DNA of 64,000 nucleotides from the human T2T-CHM13v2.0 reference genome, Homo sapiens. Below the pieces are notes generated by a model. It was not told where the DNA came from. It made no database searches and saw nothing but the letters and a program-made list of their open reading frames with translations. A program made the position numbers and the translations under genes. The stretch is taken from assembly GCF_009914755.1 (NCBI RefSeq), contig NC_060933.1; one strand, 5' to 3'. This document shows, in pieces, positions 42,161 through 56,429 of the stretch (position 1 is its first letter; each line of letters begins with the position of its first letter).

Positions 42161-43419
42161 TAATATAAACACATTTTTATTATGTATACAAGTTTTGAAT
42201 AGATTTATTTCTGAATCTAATTCTAAAGAAAAATGGAGTTTCTGAGAGTCTTTTCAACTTTAATTTTAAATATAATAAATTTCAGAATAATTGTTATGAT
42301 TTATTCTGAACAGTTTAGGTGGAATGATATAATTTCAGGGGCATGAGAAAAAATGTCTTCTACTCCTCCTTAATTATCATGCCATATGTTCATGAAGGGA
42401 TTTTCTCTTCTTTCATTCCAAATTAGAGAGAAGGCTTAAAAACAAAGTCCTCTGATGGAGATGACACAATGCCTGAGACTTGTGGGAAGCCCTGACTCAG
42501 ACCTTTTCCTGTAAGCATGTTAATTGAAGAGGGAGACAGGATGTGTGCAAAGCAGTAGTTCTGCCCTTTAAAGGGGAGCTAAGAGTGAAGAATAGTGACT
42601 CAGGTGATATACAAAATGGACTTTACTTAGATTACAATTTAGCTCAGGGGTATCCTCTGGAGAACTTGTCTGTATTGATTGGAGCCCATGCTGTGTCAAT
42701 GGAATGCCCTTCCTTGGATATACCAATTGCTGCATATGCTGGAACATTTGGCAACCCTTGGGGGCCCCCACACTGTTTTACAGCCAGTGACAACACAGGC
42801 AGCACAGACGGGCAAAACATGAAATCAGAGAGAGCAAACCTTTCCCCCTTATCTGGAATCTACACATTGATTTACTTATACAAGGTTTTCAGGTCGAAAT
42901 GGCTTATCTATTATTTCTCTAACTGGCCTAGTGTATTCTCTAAGGCTAAGCTTAGGTGGTATTGGTATTCACGAACTCTTTACAGTATATCCGAATGCTT
43001 CTGCTTGTATACTAGTTCTTAATTGTGGTATGCAGTCTGTGACAACCATCTGCTGAGGCAGTCACATTTCTCTCGCATTCAAACCCATTGAAATTAAAAT
43101 ATTGATAAGAATAATTTCACAAGGTGGTAAAGTTAATAGAGGAATTGGAGTTGGTATGCTTTTTGAATTTAAGTTGAACATTTAGAGTTTTCTGTAAGCA
43201 CTGGCATGAGGTTTTATGCTGCTGAGCATGGGTCATTTGTAAATTAATGCTTCTATCTATAATGAAGAATAATCTCTTATCATGGCCATAGAGTATGCAG
43301 TACATAGCTCTGCAACTTTAGCAGATTTTTCTCATTTTTTTTGTATGTGTTTCCTAGTTTTTTTTTAAGAGAGAACATAGGTACATTCAGAATAGTTGTA
43401 TTTATGAGAAGGATGTTAC

Positions 43420-44300
43420 TAATTTTTTCAACAAATATTTATTGAGATCTTACCAAGAATTTCTGCTGAGAAATTCTTCAGAACATTTAGTTAAGATATG
43501 TTAAAATCACATCATTGCAATTTTACTGTAATGGTAAAGGCCCCTAGTGGGCCAATTCAAAGACTCATTCTAGGTAGGAACATTTTCAAAGAAAGTAGAA
43601 TGACTACGTAGTAATATTTACACTAAATACGAAAACCAGCATACGTTCTGTCAAAGATTAGGCTTTTGTCTGAGAGCTGATTGGCTGGGTTGTGTAATTA
43701 GTCTCCCAGAAAGCTAATTCTGTTAAATAATTTATAATTCTGTTGAAGTTTATTATAAAATTGCTGAAGCATGTTATCAGGAATGCCTACTTCTTCCTTG
43801 AGAGAGGTTTGAGACCATTTTTCTTTTGTTCACGTGACAGAGAGTATGCCAAGTGCTAGGGCTGCATAGATGAGTGGATCAAGATCTGAGCCCCTGGAAG
43901 AAGTTAGAAAATAATCTGAATTAACAGAAAAGCAAGTATGTCAGAGCAGTAAAAGACAGCCTGTGTTGGCATCAGGAATGATTCCAAAGGAGAGAGTAAG
44001 AAATTGAATAGAGGGTTTTGGGTAGTAGGTCAGCTAAATGAAAGAACTCTTCTTGGAGTTAAATTCTGACAGATAAGTAAGTTTTTGTCAGGGGGATAGA
44101 AGGAAAGTGTAGGGAAGTAGAACGTGGAACCAAGACCTTATCTTTTAGAGGGGCTAAAAAAGCATAAATTAAGTGTTCTGCATTGCAAAATGTTTGGAGA
44201 TCTGGATCTTGTAAGCAGTTTTCATGGAGCTTATAGTCTAGTAGGGGAAAAGATTAGACGATTAAAAACTCATGCATATGTCTTTTAAAGAATGAGAGGA
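43420..44300 (-). mobile_element. L2 fragments (discontinuous)
   Basis: 'ttcaacaaatatttattgag', 'tatgccaagtgctagggctgcatagatgagt', 'catggagcttatagtctagtagggga'. Confidence 0.5.
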
Positions 44301-44614
44301 TACTATGAAGCTGTCGTTGGTAATATTCAAACCAAAAGCTTAATAATGAGCACCCAGATTTAAGAAAGTAATTAGGAAAGAACATTTCATTAGAAAGAAC
44401 ACTTAGTCTCGTGAGTGACAGCCAGGAATTAGGAAAGAACTATCTGTGTCAGAGGAATTAAAAGATTACATCATTTTTGGAATAGGGTGAGTGAAAGGCT
44501 CAATTAACTCAAGAGTGTTTAGTTGAAATTATTTAGCAGCCAATCAATGCATAATTCACACATAATCCATTTACATTTTTAGCAAAGTGATAAGTTTAGA
44601 TAATAATCTAGATT

Positions 44615-44818
44615 AGGGTAATAGGTTACATTCTAGCCCATTGTCTAGTTTTGTAAATAAAGTTTTATTAGAATACAGCCATACTCATTCATTTATGAAT
44701 TATTGATAGTTGCTTTTGTTTTAGAACAGCAGAGTTGAGTAGTAATGAAAGAGACTCCATGGATCCAAAGCCTACAATGTTTACCAGCTGCCTTTTCTCA
44801 GTAAAAGTCAAGTCCTGA
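44615..44818 (+). mobile_element. MER58A hAT-Charlie MITE
   Basis: 'ttttgtaaataaagttttattagaatacagccatactcattcattta...cagcagagttgagtagt...aaagcctacaatgtttac'. Confidence 0.85.
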
Positions 44819-45539
44819 TCAACGTCCTTGTGGTTTAATATAAAGTGCACTCATACACATAGTCACATGCACACACACAGAACGTTGCTTCAGTAATAAT
44901 TTTCATGAATTGAAACATGAATATGTAAATCCTGATTGGTGGTGAGTGGATCCTCTATTATTACTAAAATTCTCTTTTTGGAAACAGTTCTTTGGGCTAC
45001 AACCACCCAGTGGTTGTAGACAACCCTGAGGTTGTCAATTTTTCCAAGGTAATGGGTAAGAAAAACAGAAAAGTCTGGACTATGAGGGAAGAGTTTAGAA
45101 TTGCTAGTTTTGTTAGATTGCCTTAGGGTATATTAATTCTATAATCATTTTTACAAATAAATCCTCCTCATCTTTAATTTCAGGAACAAAAATATATTGT
45201 AATGTGTAGAGCTTTTGTCTTAGCAAGCTACATGGTACATTATTATATGTAACTGACAAAGTTTCAGAATTAGAAATATACAATTACAGGTATCTGCATA
45301 TTTCATCATTAGTAATGCAATGCAGCTAAAGGGTCAGTAAAATTTTAAGAAGTTTGTATTTTAAATGCCTTCAAATATTGAATCTTGATTTTAAGTGGAA
45401 ATTATAACAGTCATATATTTGAGAAGTAATACACAATTAATCTATTTTTATATGCTGTATCATGATTTGCAATTTCGAAGTACAGAAGAAATAGAAAATA
45501 CATGGGCAACTCAAACCAAATAGTAAACTCTTTAAAAAA

Positions 45540-48050
45540 TGCTTTTAGAATAATAACATATAAATTATAAACACTACACATACAATTTAATGTGTAACAA
45601 TAAACTAAACCTCTGTGTATCTCCTACCTCGCTTAAGACACAAAACGATATGAGAAAATTTGATATCCCTTGTGAATTTCCTAATCATCTTCCCCGTTTT
45701 CCCAGCAGAAACAATAACTTCCTTAATTTTATGATAATGATTTGTTTTCCTTTGTAATTAACCATATATGCATGTATTCTTAAGCAGTATGTTATTTAAT
45801 TTTCTCTGTTTTAAAAATTTTACTTAATCTCATAATGCTTGTATTTTTCTGCAATTTGCTTTTTTCATTCAACATTTAAGATTTTTCTACATTGATGCTT
45901 ATAGCTATAGTGCATTCATTTTCACTCCCTGGATGGATAATATTTTATTTATGAATATCCTGTTCTGCATGTGACAGGATATTTAGGTTCTTTTGAGGTG
46001 TTATTATCATGACCAATGCATCTTTGAATGTTTTTGCACATATCTGAATGAATGGGTACACAAATTTCTCTAAGAATATAGGAATAGAATTGCTTGGTCT
46101 TGATTATATGCAACTTCACTAAATAATGCCAACTGCAATTGAACCAATTGACTTCTTCACTAGCAGTGTACAGGGATTCCTCTTGCTTCAAAACCTCTTC
46201 AAAAGACAGTGTTATGATACTCTTCACTTTTTCCCAAAGTAGTGGTGAATTACATTTTTAAAAATGTAATATCCTTGTTTCATAAATGGGTTTTATTGTG
46301 TCAGCTTTGTTCCATTTGCGTGCTTAACCCTGTGCTATTATTATACTCCAAATTATGTAGTGTATTCATAAGTTTTGATAACAGGTAGGGCAAGTTGCTT
46401 TACATGTCTTTTATTTATGAAATTATTAATTATAAAATTTTTAAGAAACATTTATAAAATTATTTAGTTTGGTCTTGTTTTTAGAATTTGGCTTGTTTCT
46501 TGAAACAAGTTTTGGCTTGTTTTTAGAAATTTAGAAATTGTTAATTAGACCTTTGTATTGGAAAACAGCGACACTAAGTACAGAAATTTTCTCCAGTGTT
46601 TTGAAGATATTTTACTCTCACCCGTATTCCATTTCTGATGTTAAGAAGCCAGCAAAAGTCAAATTACCATTCCCTTGCAATAGGCAGTTTCCCCCCAACC
46701 CCGGCTGCTCTTACGAATTTTATTTTTATATTTGCTTTCTAGTAGTTTAACTGTAATATGTCTAAGTTTGTTTAAAAATTATCTCCTGATTAAAATTTGT
46801 TGGTTGTCCTGAATCAGAGGATTGGGATCTTTCAGCAATTCTGCCAATTTCTTAGATATAAAATATTCATTTTTTTAAAACTCTGGATAAATGTATGTGG
46901 GATCCCCTCACACTGTTCCAGGTGCCCTAACCCGTTTTCCATATTTTTCATTGCTTTCCCCCTATGGATTCACTCTCCATTTTGGATAACTTTTTCAGAC
47001 CTATCTTTCTAGTCACTACTTCTCTTTTCAATTGTTTCTAATTTTGATTTTAACTCACAGATTAAGATTTTATTTTCAGTTATTATATTTTCACTGCTAT
47101 TTATTTCTTCTCAATATTCCTGGTCAATTTCTAAAGACATTTATCATTCTACAATAATTTGAATAACTTCCTTTATTTTTTAAATTAATTATTTTATATT
47201 TTTTATCTGGCATTTTTATTATTTATTATTTTTCCTGGCTCTGATTTTGTAATATGTTGCTTCTATTAATTGATGATTGTAGAGCACTAGTTTTGTGAGT
47301 TTTAAAAACTTGAAGTCCCATTGTTTGGAACTATTTCTGTAGGGATTCTAGAGGTCCGTGTAGAGGTCTGTGTTTAAAAGTGTCATATCTCAGCAAGGAA
47401 ATGTGTTTACTTTTGACAGGCAAATGGGTGCAGTACCAACCTAGGAATAACTTAACACCTCAGCTGAGAGTTTTTCAGTCAAAATGGATCAGAAGTATAA
47501 GTTCTGATCCAAAAACTCTTATTAGTATGTTCCTTGTGGTTCTAAAAAAATCTTATGGAAGACTGTGTTGGTTTTTGCTATTCTAGGCAGAGCCAAAGCT
47601 AAGAGAGGACTTCTTTCCCCCTCTAGTTCACTTAATTTGTATGTGTGCATGTGTGTATCTGGGGTGTGTGTGTGAGTGTGTGTGTGTATGTATGTATGTT
47701 TCCCATCTACAGACTAACAGTAAACTTAGGCTTGTTTCCTAACCCTTTATGCCTGTGGCTAGTTAAAAATCATGTCCCAGCCACAAGAAATTGACCAATG
47801 TCCATAGGGCAAATACTATCTTCAGCAAATGCTTATTTACATAGAAACAAACTTCTGTGTAATTTCTGGCCTTAAATTTTTCCTTTCTTTATTCACATTA
47901 AGCCCATACTTCAGAAAAATATTTTCCATATTTTATCCAGAATCATTTGTTATATACTAGGAGAGGTGGTTTCTTTGTGTATAGTCTACTGCATTGCCAG
48001 AAAAATTATTGGATTTTATTTTTCACTGCACTTTAAAATTGTGCTTAAAG
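45540..48050 (-). mobile_element. Old L1ME-type fragments (3'UTR/ORF2, then ORF1-like), discontinuous
   Basis: Antisense L1M 3' end at ~45545-46250; antisense ORF1-like 'ttgggatctttcagcaattctgccaattt...tttcagacctatctttctagtcactact'. Confidence 0.55.
47640..47700. repeat. Imperfect (TG)n microsatellite
   Basis: gtgtgtgtgtgagtgtgtgtgtgtatgtatg. Confidence 0.8.
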
Positions 48051-49004
48051 GGAAAGTTTACCCACAACCATAGTGTATGTGGACATCTTCGTGTATGCAT
48101 TTCTGAAATATCTCTGTCAATTAGAATGTAAAAAGTTAAGTTTCTTATTACCTGTTATATATAAATGCTCTATGAATTGACAAATTATTCAGCTCTGTCT
48201 TAATAATTTTGATAAAGTAAACTAATACAGGATTTTGGTTATAGACTAAAACTCAAGCTAGAATTATTTGTAAGTCTTTTCAGATGACAGAAAATAGATA
48301 TTTTGACCCTACATAAATATGCTGTTAAACATGGAAAGATGGATTAACATGCACCTGAAGCAAGTTTGTATTTATAACCTTTTGATACCAGTGATATTTA
48401 ATTGGGAATACTAGCAAATTGAGGTTTTGCGATATATATAAAAAACTGTCTTGCAAGAATATGTTCATAAAGAATTAGAATTCTTTATCACAGCTTGTAA
48501 AATGTTAAGTAACCTAGATAATAGAGTAATATAATTTTTACAATATAATATTGATTTAGTTAATATCTTGCTTAAATATTGCAATAGTTGTCCTTATATT
48601 GAACATGATAAAATTGTATGCTTTATATGAAAAAAATCAATTGACAATGTGAAAATGGAGTTGAGTTTTTCATAAATATGCAGATATTATTTTCTGAGCC
48701 TTGCCAAATGAATTACGATGATTTTGATCTGTAATTTTGAAATATTTTTGGATAAATATTGAAATGAAATTGCTAATATAGAAAAGTTTCATGTCTTTTC
48801 CTATTTTTTCATCTTACTGGAGATATATGAAAATGACTCTTATTAGTTAAAACTTTCTATTTCGATGGTTGCTTATTTGTACTATCTGTTGGAATTCTAT
48901 TTATTTTAGTTGTTATGAAAAATAATCTGAGTAATAAACCAGACAGTTTCTACGGTTCCAGTCACCATTAGTGGAGAGGAAGTGGTACAAATAAGATATG
49001 CCTT

Positions 49005-49358
<354 letters not shown>

Positions 49359-49393
49359 TTAAATAGTACATGAGCAACGCTTTATGAAAAAGA

Positions 49394-49428
49394 ACACACA
49401 CACACACAAAACCACCACCACCACCACC
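49394..49428. repeat. (CA)n plus (ACC)n compound STR
   Basis: acacacacacacacaaaaccaccaccaccaccacc. Confidence 0.85.
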
Positions 49429-52369
49429 AGGTATCCTCTTTTTCCTAACATATCAAGTGGGTAAAAGAAATGAAGAGTTATTGAAGAAAAAGCAGGAAGT
49501 ACTAACCAGCACCCACAGTAATGATCACCCCTATTTTAAAACTAATCCTTCTAAATTTTGTAGAACTTAGCTAATTATTTTTCCTTTTTGGCATAGTTGT
49601 GGCAAAGTACGGATGCAGTTTTGCTCAGCCTCCTTAATAATGAAAGTATGGATGAAAATCTTGTGGGGAAAACTCAAATGCACCCTCAAATGCTCCAGCT
49701 GTTGGAGAGTGAAAACGTCTGGCCCTGATGCCTCTACTATATCATTTGTTTCTGGATCTAAGAACCCAAACTACTGATGTTAAATGTACTTTAATACACT
49801 TTCAGTTTTTATACTTATTATGTTATTTGACTATTTTCTACAAGTAGCACAGGATAAATTATATGTGGCAGAATTTTTAGGCACAAAGCATAGTAAGGGT
49901 AGAATTGTCATATACTCTTTGTTTTGAGTCCTGAGTGAGTGGCGTGTGTATTCCAGGCTGTTTTAGAATCTGAGTATAACATAAAGAGCAAGGTTTAAAA
50001 AGTGATCCTGGTTCAGCCAAATCCCTCTAAAGGTTGCTGTTCACCTAGCCAGACAGATTTAGGCACCAGAATCTTGACTACAAATATAATCTTGCATTTT
50101 ATACACTTATAACCTTTATACCACTCCAAATATTCTTGACATTTTTGAACAATATTTCATTTAAGCATTTGCAAATACACAAATCTGTAAATATCACCGT
50201 GGAATATGACTCCTACAACATTACAATAAAATATAACTAAATTTTTGACATTGTCTCTATGCCTGCTACTGTGTCCAGTGATGATAAATCAATAGCAACA
50301 AAGCAACACTGCAATATAGACACCGATTACTTGCCTAGACTCTGTCTTTAGTTAATTCGCTCATTTTTGCATAGATGAGAGTAGTGTGTTTGATTTGTAA
50401 TTGTGCCTGGAGAAAGGAAAAATTTCTAGGAATTGTGGATCTTTCAGTTGACTTGTTCATACACAGTAATATTTACTTTAGTTATCACAAAATACAGATT
50501 TAATATTTTAACATTAACCAAATGGGATGATGAAGTAGAAAAGATATTTGCATATATGGGAGGAAAACCCTTGAGTTTTCCTCAAGATTTTTTTGCATGT
50601 AAACCTTGCACCCACGGATTGCATTTTCCTCCGGACAGATTTGCAGCAACATAGTGTTTGAGAGCGTTGTCAATGGACAAAAAATATTACCTTTCTAAAC
50701 CATTGTCTCTCAGATGTATCTTTATATTTGTACGTGCATACTAAATAAACTATAATTCATATATCAATATTGTAATAGTGTGATACTGACATTATTTCAC
50801 TGGTATGTCCTAGAAATTGGTAAACTCTTATCGAGAAGTAACAAACAGTAATGTGTCTGTCCGAGCGGGTTCAATATTCTTATCTTAATTTTCTGCTTTT
50901 AGCGTCATCATTTGGAGTTTGTTTATCGACTTCTGTGTTTCAAATGTACCCATGTTTTTTGGTAATCCATGTTGGGACAGACTTTCTTGAATCAAGACCA
51001 GGAGAACTCCTAGGTGCTCTCTTTGTAGTCTCAAATTTCAAAGACTTTTTCTACCCTGTCTTTGGAGCTTTAGTTATTTTTGCTCAGATTTCTTAGAGCC
51101 CATTTGATGGAATGCTAATAATTAAGAAATGTAATTTTCAGGGGGTAAATACTTCTTTGACATATATTCTGTGAAATATTTCGCTAATATTCAGAAATGG
51201 GTTCTATTTGTGCTGTTGCAGTCAGGTAGGTTTTGTCAATACCTTGAATTTGGCAAGGAGATGTCAACCTCCAGATTAAGTAATATGTCAAGACATTTTT
51301 CCCATTACCCAAAACATCAAAACAGAAACATAAACATGAAAAGCCATGACTCACTCCTAAAAAGAATTCTACAACATCTGTTTCAGGCTGCTGTGGAGTG
51401 GGACTGGATTATGTAATTTACCTATCTCAGGATGACTTTTGGGAAGAATATGCTCTATGTAAGAGGAACAACATATAAATTCTATTTTAGATTAGATACT
51501 AGGAATAATGCTCTTAAAATTATTTTTATTTTTAAAATGTATATAAAAAGTTATTAAGAAATTTGCAAAGAAATGGGCTTGGTTCCATTTTCTCAATCTT
51601 TCTTTTACCCCTCTCACCAATATCCATGAAGATTTCTAAGCTACAATTAATCATATCATTGTTAAATACTATTTATTCTTTTTCACCATACTGTATATTC
51701 TTGCACATTTTAATTTGTGTAGAAAATCTCTCCCTAGAAATTCTCCCATTTCTTCAGAGTCTTTTCTCTATTGCATCACCACAGGCAGGTCTCTTCTTTT
51801 TCACACTTATTACATTATAGCTTCTGGATCTTGAATATTAGGTCAACTTTTTTCATAATTTTTCCTGATTTTTTCTTATGTTTTTATTCTATAAATATTG
51901 TCCAATTCACTATATTCTAAAGTATATTGAGAAAGTCTCATTGTAAAAGGCAATGGGTAACAAATACCATCCATGTGAACAATTTTGCATTTTCTAAATA
52001 AATTGCCTCAATTTATTTCCATCATTTTTTTCAAGTGCCTCAGGCATCAATGAAAATAGGCTCATTAATTGCTAAGTGAGTAATTTTTCTACAAGTATAG
52101 TCTTGTTTTATACATTCATTTGTGCATTTACTGTGCGTGACCAGATTCACCAAACACAAGCCTAGTTACCAAGTGAAATACACTTTTCCTGGAAAAGTGG
52201 GTATTAGGGTCAAACGAAATTCCCACATGAATCATAGCATCACTTATGATAATTGCTGGAAAAGCAAAATGCTGACTTATTTACTTGAATGGGAAAGCCT
52301 AGAGTAATCTACATTGTTAGAGAAAGAGTATGAGGTGGATATAAAAGCTTTTCTCAATAATTCTTGGCA

Positions 52370-52531
52370 CAGGTTGAACACTTTCCCTAGATAATTTTTC
52401 CTGGTCCCTCAGTGAAAGGTGATCTTTTTGATTTTTCATAGCATAATATCTTTCGTTCTCTCTCATGTATATTTCTTGAATTAAATTTATTTAGATGCCT
52501 GTCTTATCTTCCCTCTACAATGTGAGGGTTT

Positions 52532-52570
<39 letters not shown>

Positions 52571-52680
52571 TGATGGCATAGACTGCATTTGATCCATCTC
52601 CATAGAACTTACCTGGATCACTCCCTTGGACAGAGTAAATACTCAATAAGTAAATACTTGAGTGCCTGAATAATTTAATA
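52370..52680 (+). mobile_element. L2 3' fragment containing a (GTT)12 tract (~52533-52568)
   Basis: 'cctgtcttatcttccctctacaatgtgag' ... 'cagagtaaatactcaataagtaaatacttgagtg'. Confidence 0.55.
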
Positions 52681-53884
52681 GTTACATTAAAAAGTATTCA
52701 TTGTAGAAAGGTAGGTAGAGATAAAACTGAAGAAAGAGGAACTTCTTCATGTTGGTTTACTTCTTTCCCATTCTACTTTTATGCAAAGCACAAGTACCTC
52801 CATTGATTATTTGGATCTTCATTCATTGAACGGGAGCGATGCATCAGACACAGAAGGATGTGTTCTGCCAGTTTTGAGCTGCTTAGAATTCATGTGTTCA
52901 GAATTATGAAACAGACCCAAATATGTTGGCTTATCTTAGGCAAAACACAATTTCCCAGCTTTTAGGAAAATAAAGGAGTTTGGAAAACTGAGAGACTTGT
53001 AAAAGACTCAGCAGTCTAGTGGTTCTTAAAAGTTTTTATTTTGATTGCTGCTGCTACTACTGTACTTCTTACTGGCATTTATAGTAAATTCTGTATTTGC
53101 CTTGTGCTTCAAAGTAATGTGTATGTGTTGTGGTTGTTATATTCTGGGGTCTTGGGCATTTGTGATATGAATAAATGAATGTGATTCAGTTAACTTCCTG
53201 ATTGCTTGTTATGTGGAAGATCCTTCAAAGTGTCTATGTTGTGTAGAGGGAGAAATATCAACAATAAAATTATGGTCTAGTAGAGACAATAGGTATATTT
53301 ATAGATAATGTTACAAGGGAATTAAACTATTATCTATCTTGTGTGATACAGATATTTGTCTATTCAAAGGCAAGGAGATGGGCCAGAAATTTTGAGTCTG
53401 TTTAGATTCTGTGGAGCTCTGACTTTATAAATTTTTAAACAGAGGAAGACAAAAGAAGTTTGAATTCTAATTTTGTTTTAAAATCATCATGTATAGGATG
53501 CAAAAGGAAGACATAAACATTTTTGGTACCATAATGTAAGAAGGGTAACTTCCTTTACCTATCTTCTCATTATGCCAAAAAGTTGGAACCACTTATTTAT
53601 GCCAATTTTTAGCCGTTCTTGAGGGGGTCTTATTGTACACCACACCATACTAGTACCATTTTAAGTTGTACACAATCTCCTAAACAATAATCTATGAAAA
53701 TCATATTGGCAGAGTAGAAAATTTTATCTTGACACCCAAGAGGTGTAAGAGAGTTTTGAGATGTCAGCTGTTATTGAATCAGATTCTATTGATTGTACTT
53801 GAGTATCAGCATTAGGTGGTTAAAAATGAGTAAGCTACTGACATACAGCATTAGCTCTGTCTATTGCTAGTGCTCACTATGTTT

Positions 53885-54085
53885 TAGAATTCAAGTGTTT
53901 TACCAATATTTATAGCATATAACCCACATAGCCCCTATAAGAGAGACTCTACTTTTATCTCATTCTGTAGATGAGAACCAGGAGCAAAGAGAGGTCAAAT
54001 GTGAGTTTAAGGTCACCCAGTTTATAGGTGCTGCTGAAGTTAGGATCTAACAATTGCACTCTGGCTCCAGAGTCTGCTCTTAACC
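53885..54085 (-). mobile_element. MIR SINE
   Basis: 'tctcattctgtagatgagaaccaggagcaaagagaggtcaa...aaggtcacccag...ctctggctccagagtctgctcttaacc'. Confidence 0.75.
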
Positions 54086-54308
54086 TTTGTGGAATACCAT
54101 TGTGTATTTATGAACATGTGATTAAATCTGTGGCTAATAAATGTTACTTCTTAGCATGAGAAAATGATTACAATTCTTCCTTATCTTGATTTTTATAAAT
54201 TAGGAAAATAGAGGACTTATTAGAATAATATTTGGATTCCTATTGGTCGCTTGGAGGTTTCAGCCAATATCAGAATGCTTTTCAGTAGTAATAATAAGAT
54301 TGGAATGA

Positions 54309-54724
<416 letters not shown>

Positions 54725-54974
54725 AGCATTGACTATTTTAATCCACAACAACCCTTTTAGGTATTAGTCTCATTTTTAAGATAAGGAAAGTGAGACTTAG
54801 AAAGGCAAAAACGTGCTAATGACCATGAAGACAGTAAGCAGCAGAAAGAGGCTCAAAGGCATTGGATCCTTAAATCTGTACTTCTAAGATCTAAGATTAG
54901 CTCCTTTATTATAGTGATTGTCTCTGTAAATTAATATTTAAAGAGCAAATCCTAAATTTATCTTTTTATTTATA

Positions 54975-55670
54975 CTCATTAAAAATAAGATATCATACAC
55001 TTTAAACATCATTGTAAAGACTAATGATGCCAAGTGAGAATATGAAACAACTGGAATTTTCATAAACGTTGGGAGTGTAAATTAGTACAAGCATTTTGGA
55101 AAACTGTGTGGTATTATCTACTGAAGTTGGAAAAACAATTTTCCTATAGCACAGTAGTTTTGCTTCTTTGTATACATGCCTTAAGTGAGTGTACTTACGT
55201 ACCAAAGATGTGTGCAATAACATTTATGTCAGTATTATACATAATAACCCCAAACTGGAAACCACTCAAATTTTTAAAATTTCAGTCAGTGTCAGAAGAA
55301 ATAAGATAATTTTGTTATATTCATGAAAGTAAAATAACATATGGCAATAAAAATGAATGAGGAAAATGTAATACCATGTTGAATTATTCCACAGTATTAA
55401 GCCAAGGAAGCCAGACATAGTAAATAAATACATATTGTAGGAGTTCATTTGTAAAAAATTTTAAAAATAAGCCAGAATGATCTATGACTTAATAGTCAAA
55501 ATAATGGTGGTCTAAGAGTGGCTCCAGAGTGTTACACATGAACAACTTCTTGGCCTGTGTGGTAGTTACAGGCATATATTCCCTTGCAATTATTTAATGA
55601 GTTGTGCACCTATGAATTGTCTACTTCACTGTCTGTATTTTTACTTCAATAAAAAGTTAAATATAATAAC
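54975..55670 (+). mobile_element. L1ME-type 3' fragment
   Basis: 'gttgggagtgtaaattagtacaagcattttggaaaactgt...ccccaaactggaaaccactcaaa...acttcaataaaaagtt'. Confidence 0.75.
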
Positions 55671-56429
55671 TATTATTTGTGAGAAAGGAGATGTTCTGGT
55701 TAACTAAATACTCTTGATAATGAGAGTGTTAATACGAATAGCTGCCGCAAGATATAAAATCCATACAGTTTTGTAATGGCTTTGTAATTTTTTTCTAAAA
55801 TGAATGATTTCGCTTTCTTGTCTCTAAATACAAAACACAAAAGTAATATAGTGTTACTTTAAAGATTTGAAATTTTTATTTTAAAAAGATGATAAAAGTA
55901 AAATATGCACAATGTATGAAACATTGAGCCAAACATGTATCTTTGGTATGCATTTGATTTCCTACTATTGTCTTTTCTAAAGTAGGAGGATATCAAATCA
56001 CTCTGGTAATTTGTATTTGATTTTGTTGAGATTTTATATGTGTCACATAAGAAATTAGGAATAATTTTGAAGTGTCAAGTGTTTCACAATTTGTGCCAAG
56101 ACTTGACATTTTTTGAGACACCTCGCCCAATCCCTTAGTACAATATCTCATCTTTGGCACTTGGCCTTAGTTGCTAGAACAATACAAATTTTATGTTTCT
56201 CAAATAAATAGTTGATCACTCAAGATACATATTCACTCACATGATAAATGCCACTGACTCTTCTTCCCTAGAGCGGAGGGTACCTTCAGTGAACTTGGGT
56301 TGTCTGAATGACAATGGCTTTAGTCACATTGGCACTTGGGGCCACTCAGCCCCCAGTGCAGTTTCTTCTCATGACAGGTCAAGTTTTTGCCCTGCTAAGA
56401 GCCCTATTCTTTTAACTTAGTTATTCACA

